Below, piece by piece: positions 61,330 to 64,000 of a stretch of DNA of 64,000 nucleotides. Positions within the stretch are counted from its first letter, which is position 1. Each line of letters begins with the position of its first letter. This DNA is from Dicyema japonicum (lineage: Eukaryota > Animalia > Dicyemida), in the NCBI GenBank assembly GCA_011109175.1, contig RDEW01000015.1, positions 1,018,868 to 1,082,867 on the forward strand, read 5' to 3'. Position numbers and translations under genes: made by a program. Below the pieces are notes generated by a model, which saw only the letters and a program-made list of their open reading frames with translations, did not search any database and was not told the origin of the DNA.

Positions 61330-62020
61330 TAAGTATGGTGTTGATGATGGTGGATTAGTCAATGTGAAGGCATTGATCGAATTACAATATAATATTTTGA
61401 TTAAAAAGATCAACTTAAAAAGCCTTCATAAGGTCCTCTTCAGAGCATTAAAGAACTAACATGTCGACCTTAACTCGTCGACAATATGGTTAAAATACGG
61501 TTGCAGCACACGCAAGTCCGAATATCAAGGTATACATTGTTATCCGAACCTACGTGCTAGTCAAGCACAATAGGCTGGACATTGTGGTACACGATAACGA
61601 GTCTGGCAAGTCTTATCATAGAAGTTGGCATTATGTCTCAAGATCGTTTGCAGTATGTGGAGGTGGAGAAAAAAGGAAGTATGACTTGCTTGCAAACGAG
61701 ATCGGGCAGATGCTTGGTTTCAAGGTCCTCGTTATTCCAATAGTAATGACGTGGGAAAGAATTGCAACAAAGTACCATAAGAGTTATCTAAAACAGTTAG
61801 GGGTAGATAAGAAGTTCCAGGCATATCTACAGTCCACTGTTTTAAGCGGACCTTAAAGAGCCTGACACTGAACTATAGGAGGCACAGCCGGAGATGCCAT
61901 ATGGGCAGAAAGCACAATTGGACAGGGCGCTCACGGAGCTTTTCAGCAACCAGAATCGAATCTGCTTGAGGAGGCTGGTGAACAGGCAGGCGAGGAAGGT
62001 TGTTTATTGTTATATATTAA
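61330..62020 (+). mobile_element. R4/Dong-like retrotransposon 3' fragment
   Basis: SSTIWLKYG, HNRLDIVVHD, KRKYDLLANEIG..VIPIVMTWERIATKYHKSYLKQLG. Confidence 0.85.
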
Positions 62021-62049
62021 CTTTTTCGTAAATTAACTAACAATAAAAT

Positions 62050-64000
62050 ATTATTTATTAACTAAGGGGGAGATCGGCTGCTGACATTACGGAGTAAGCG
62101 TTTCTGCGGACAACTGCGATCCCAATTCATTGCCCCAGCCAGACTACTTCCCACACGTCTTTCTTGCGGTGGGCAAATTTTCCCCTAATTTCATTCAGGA
62201 AAGAGGCTGTAATACTTCTGGCCGCACCAGACGTCTCGATTGCCACTGGTACAAAGCGGTCCCAATTTCGCCATATTTTTTAATCTTGATTTTCTCGTCC
62301 AGATCTGCTGCCGATTTAGCGGACTGCACCGAGCTGAGTATCATCGAATTCGAGACAGAATCCACAACAGTGCAGTCCCATACGAGCGATTTTCCCTTAG
62401 TGAACGGAAAGATAGTTAACCTATCCGGTCTTTTCCCGTCTTTGCAGTCCAATCCCACAGGCTCCAGTAATCTACTGCCGGGAATCCTGCCGCTTCAAGA
62501 GCTCGCATGACAATGTTGTTCATAGCAGCATGGCAGGTACTCCTTTTGCACGAGAGCGGATGCAGTTCTTTGGCATCGACGATCCCTCCACAACGACATT
62601 GTGTTCGACGCAAACATCAACTTCCAGGCATTGTGTGATCCCAATCCGAATACAGTCATCTTCCAAAAGGGTCCCCAGGGAGGAATACCGGAGTGCATCC
62701 AGCCACGTTCCGCTCCCATGGTTGGCGGTGGACACGAGACATGCAAGACGATGCTGGTTGGCCTCAGACTTTAGCACGTCGAAGACTTTTTCCCAAGAAC
62801 GTCCAGTTGGAAAACGTAGGATATCTTGGACCAAAAGGCTTCCACTTGAGAGCGATGACGCATTTGCTGAAAAGGCGATCTCCAGCGCCGATTTGAGACC
62901 CGTACCTCCGAGGCGTGTAGGAAGCTTACATTGATTTTACGTCAAAGTGGATGTTTAGAAGCAATTCAGCTGATTTTCTCAATGCCCTATTTAGTAACAG
63001 GAGGATGTCACGATGTTTGAAGCAGGGAGAACATCGGAGAGTATTCTTCAAAAGGAAGAACGCTGTATGAGCTAGAGTAAGGAGAGTTTCTTTGTAACTC
63101 TAGAGAGTTCATCCTCTTTTGTTAGTAGATGGCTCCGTAGTTTCTTTTCGTCAAGTGGGCACCCAAGAAAGTATACCCGCTCCCTGGGTACGACGGTAAT
63201 TCCAGGTAGTACCGAGTTGAAAGACTCGACCACGTTGATAAAATCACTCTCAGAGTATGTGATATTTATTAGCTCCGATTTTTTATATTTATCTCAAGTC
63301 CGAGGTTTCATAGTGCCGGCACAGCATGTGCAGAACGTCATAAACTTTTCTCCACGGTCCTCCAATCGTCGTCATCAAGATACCAGAGGTTTAGTTGTAT
63401 GTTGATAGAGCGGACAATTTCATCGATGGCCAGAGCGAAGAGAAGTGGACCAAGTGGGTCCCCTTGTTGGACTAGTCTCCGAACAGATAATCTTGTCCCC
63501 GAAAACCAGTGAAGAATTGGTTCGTAAGCGAGGTAGACAAGTGGAATAAGTTCCGGGGCTCGTTTTCTTGTAGTTTCAAAAATTTGATCCCCTCAGTGAA
63601 TTGAAGGCATTACAGATGTCCAGCTTGACCCCAATGTGTGGGATTCGTCTTTCTGTCCAAAAAACATCTCGCAGCATGCACTGCCGCCTGCATCCGTTCC
63701 TTACACCAATCCCCATTAGAGGGGAAATTCTTTAGATATTTTGTCAGACAATACTGCATGCGATTTTCGCTGTCAGTCTTTGAAATAGTTGCCGATCACG
63801 ATGGCGCGGACCCCACCTTCGGGTTTTTTGAAGGCCAGTAGATGTGCACTGAAAAGAAGCTCCCTTGCGTGAGAAGGAATATCTCCGTTCAAAATGCGCA
63901 TAACCAGTTTTGTAATTGATTTGATAAAGTTGCAGCCAGCTTCTGCGGTACCCCCGCCGTAAGATCCTTGATGTGACCTGGCCGCAAATTTTCTCGTTGG
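62050..64000 (-). mobile_element. CRE-clade retrotransposon (runs off the window), family of 8760-10560
   Basis: LRPGHIKDL, GCEAAVH-like, QQGDPLGPLLFAL, WYLDDD, GSGTWLDAL, DGKRPD, LVWDCTVVDS. Confidence 0.93.

Noticed and set aside
1-64000. Alternative genetic code or prokaryotic retron/DGR system
   Set aside because: Host genes translate cleanly in the standard code once introns are removed, and all RTs carry eukaryotic non-LTR signatures.

Overview
AT-rich eukaryotic (metazoan) DNA with two compartments. (1) Compact host genes split by very short GT-AG introns, mostly 21-30 nt. I could splice by hand TRA2, RBBP5 (with several 1-nt indels), an inward-rectifier K+ channel with a rewired pore, ICT1/MRPL58, an N-terminally shortened DROSHA, PEN-2, MRPL4, ATP5IF1 and an orphan type-I membrane protein. 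(2) Intergenic space packed with nested, decayed transposons: RTE-like, jockey/I-like, CRE-like and R4-like non-LTR elements, pogo/Tigger and hAT/Buster DNA transposons, a Ginger2-like integrase, and two SINE-like families. Animal genes, tiny introns and retained mitochondrial translation genes suggest a highly reduced animal parasite such as a dicyemid (inference, not proven). Highlights: the Kir pore substitutions, the minimal Drosha, splice signals reduced to little more than GT/AG plus length, a TSD-bounded bipartite RTE derivative, an ACGTGCCTC leader motif shared by different LINEs, a recurrent RT breakage point, and an unclassified 338-bp SINE. I do not see one clearly new multi-gene system. 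All homology calls are from motif recognition, not database searches.
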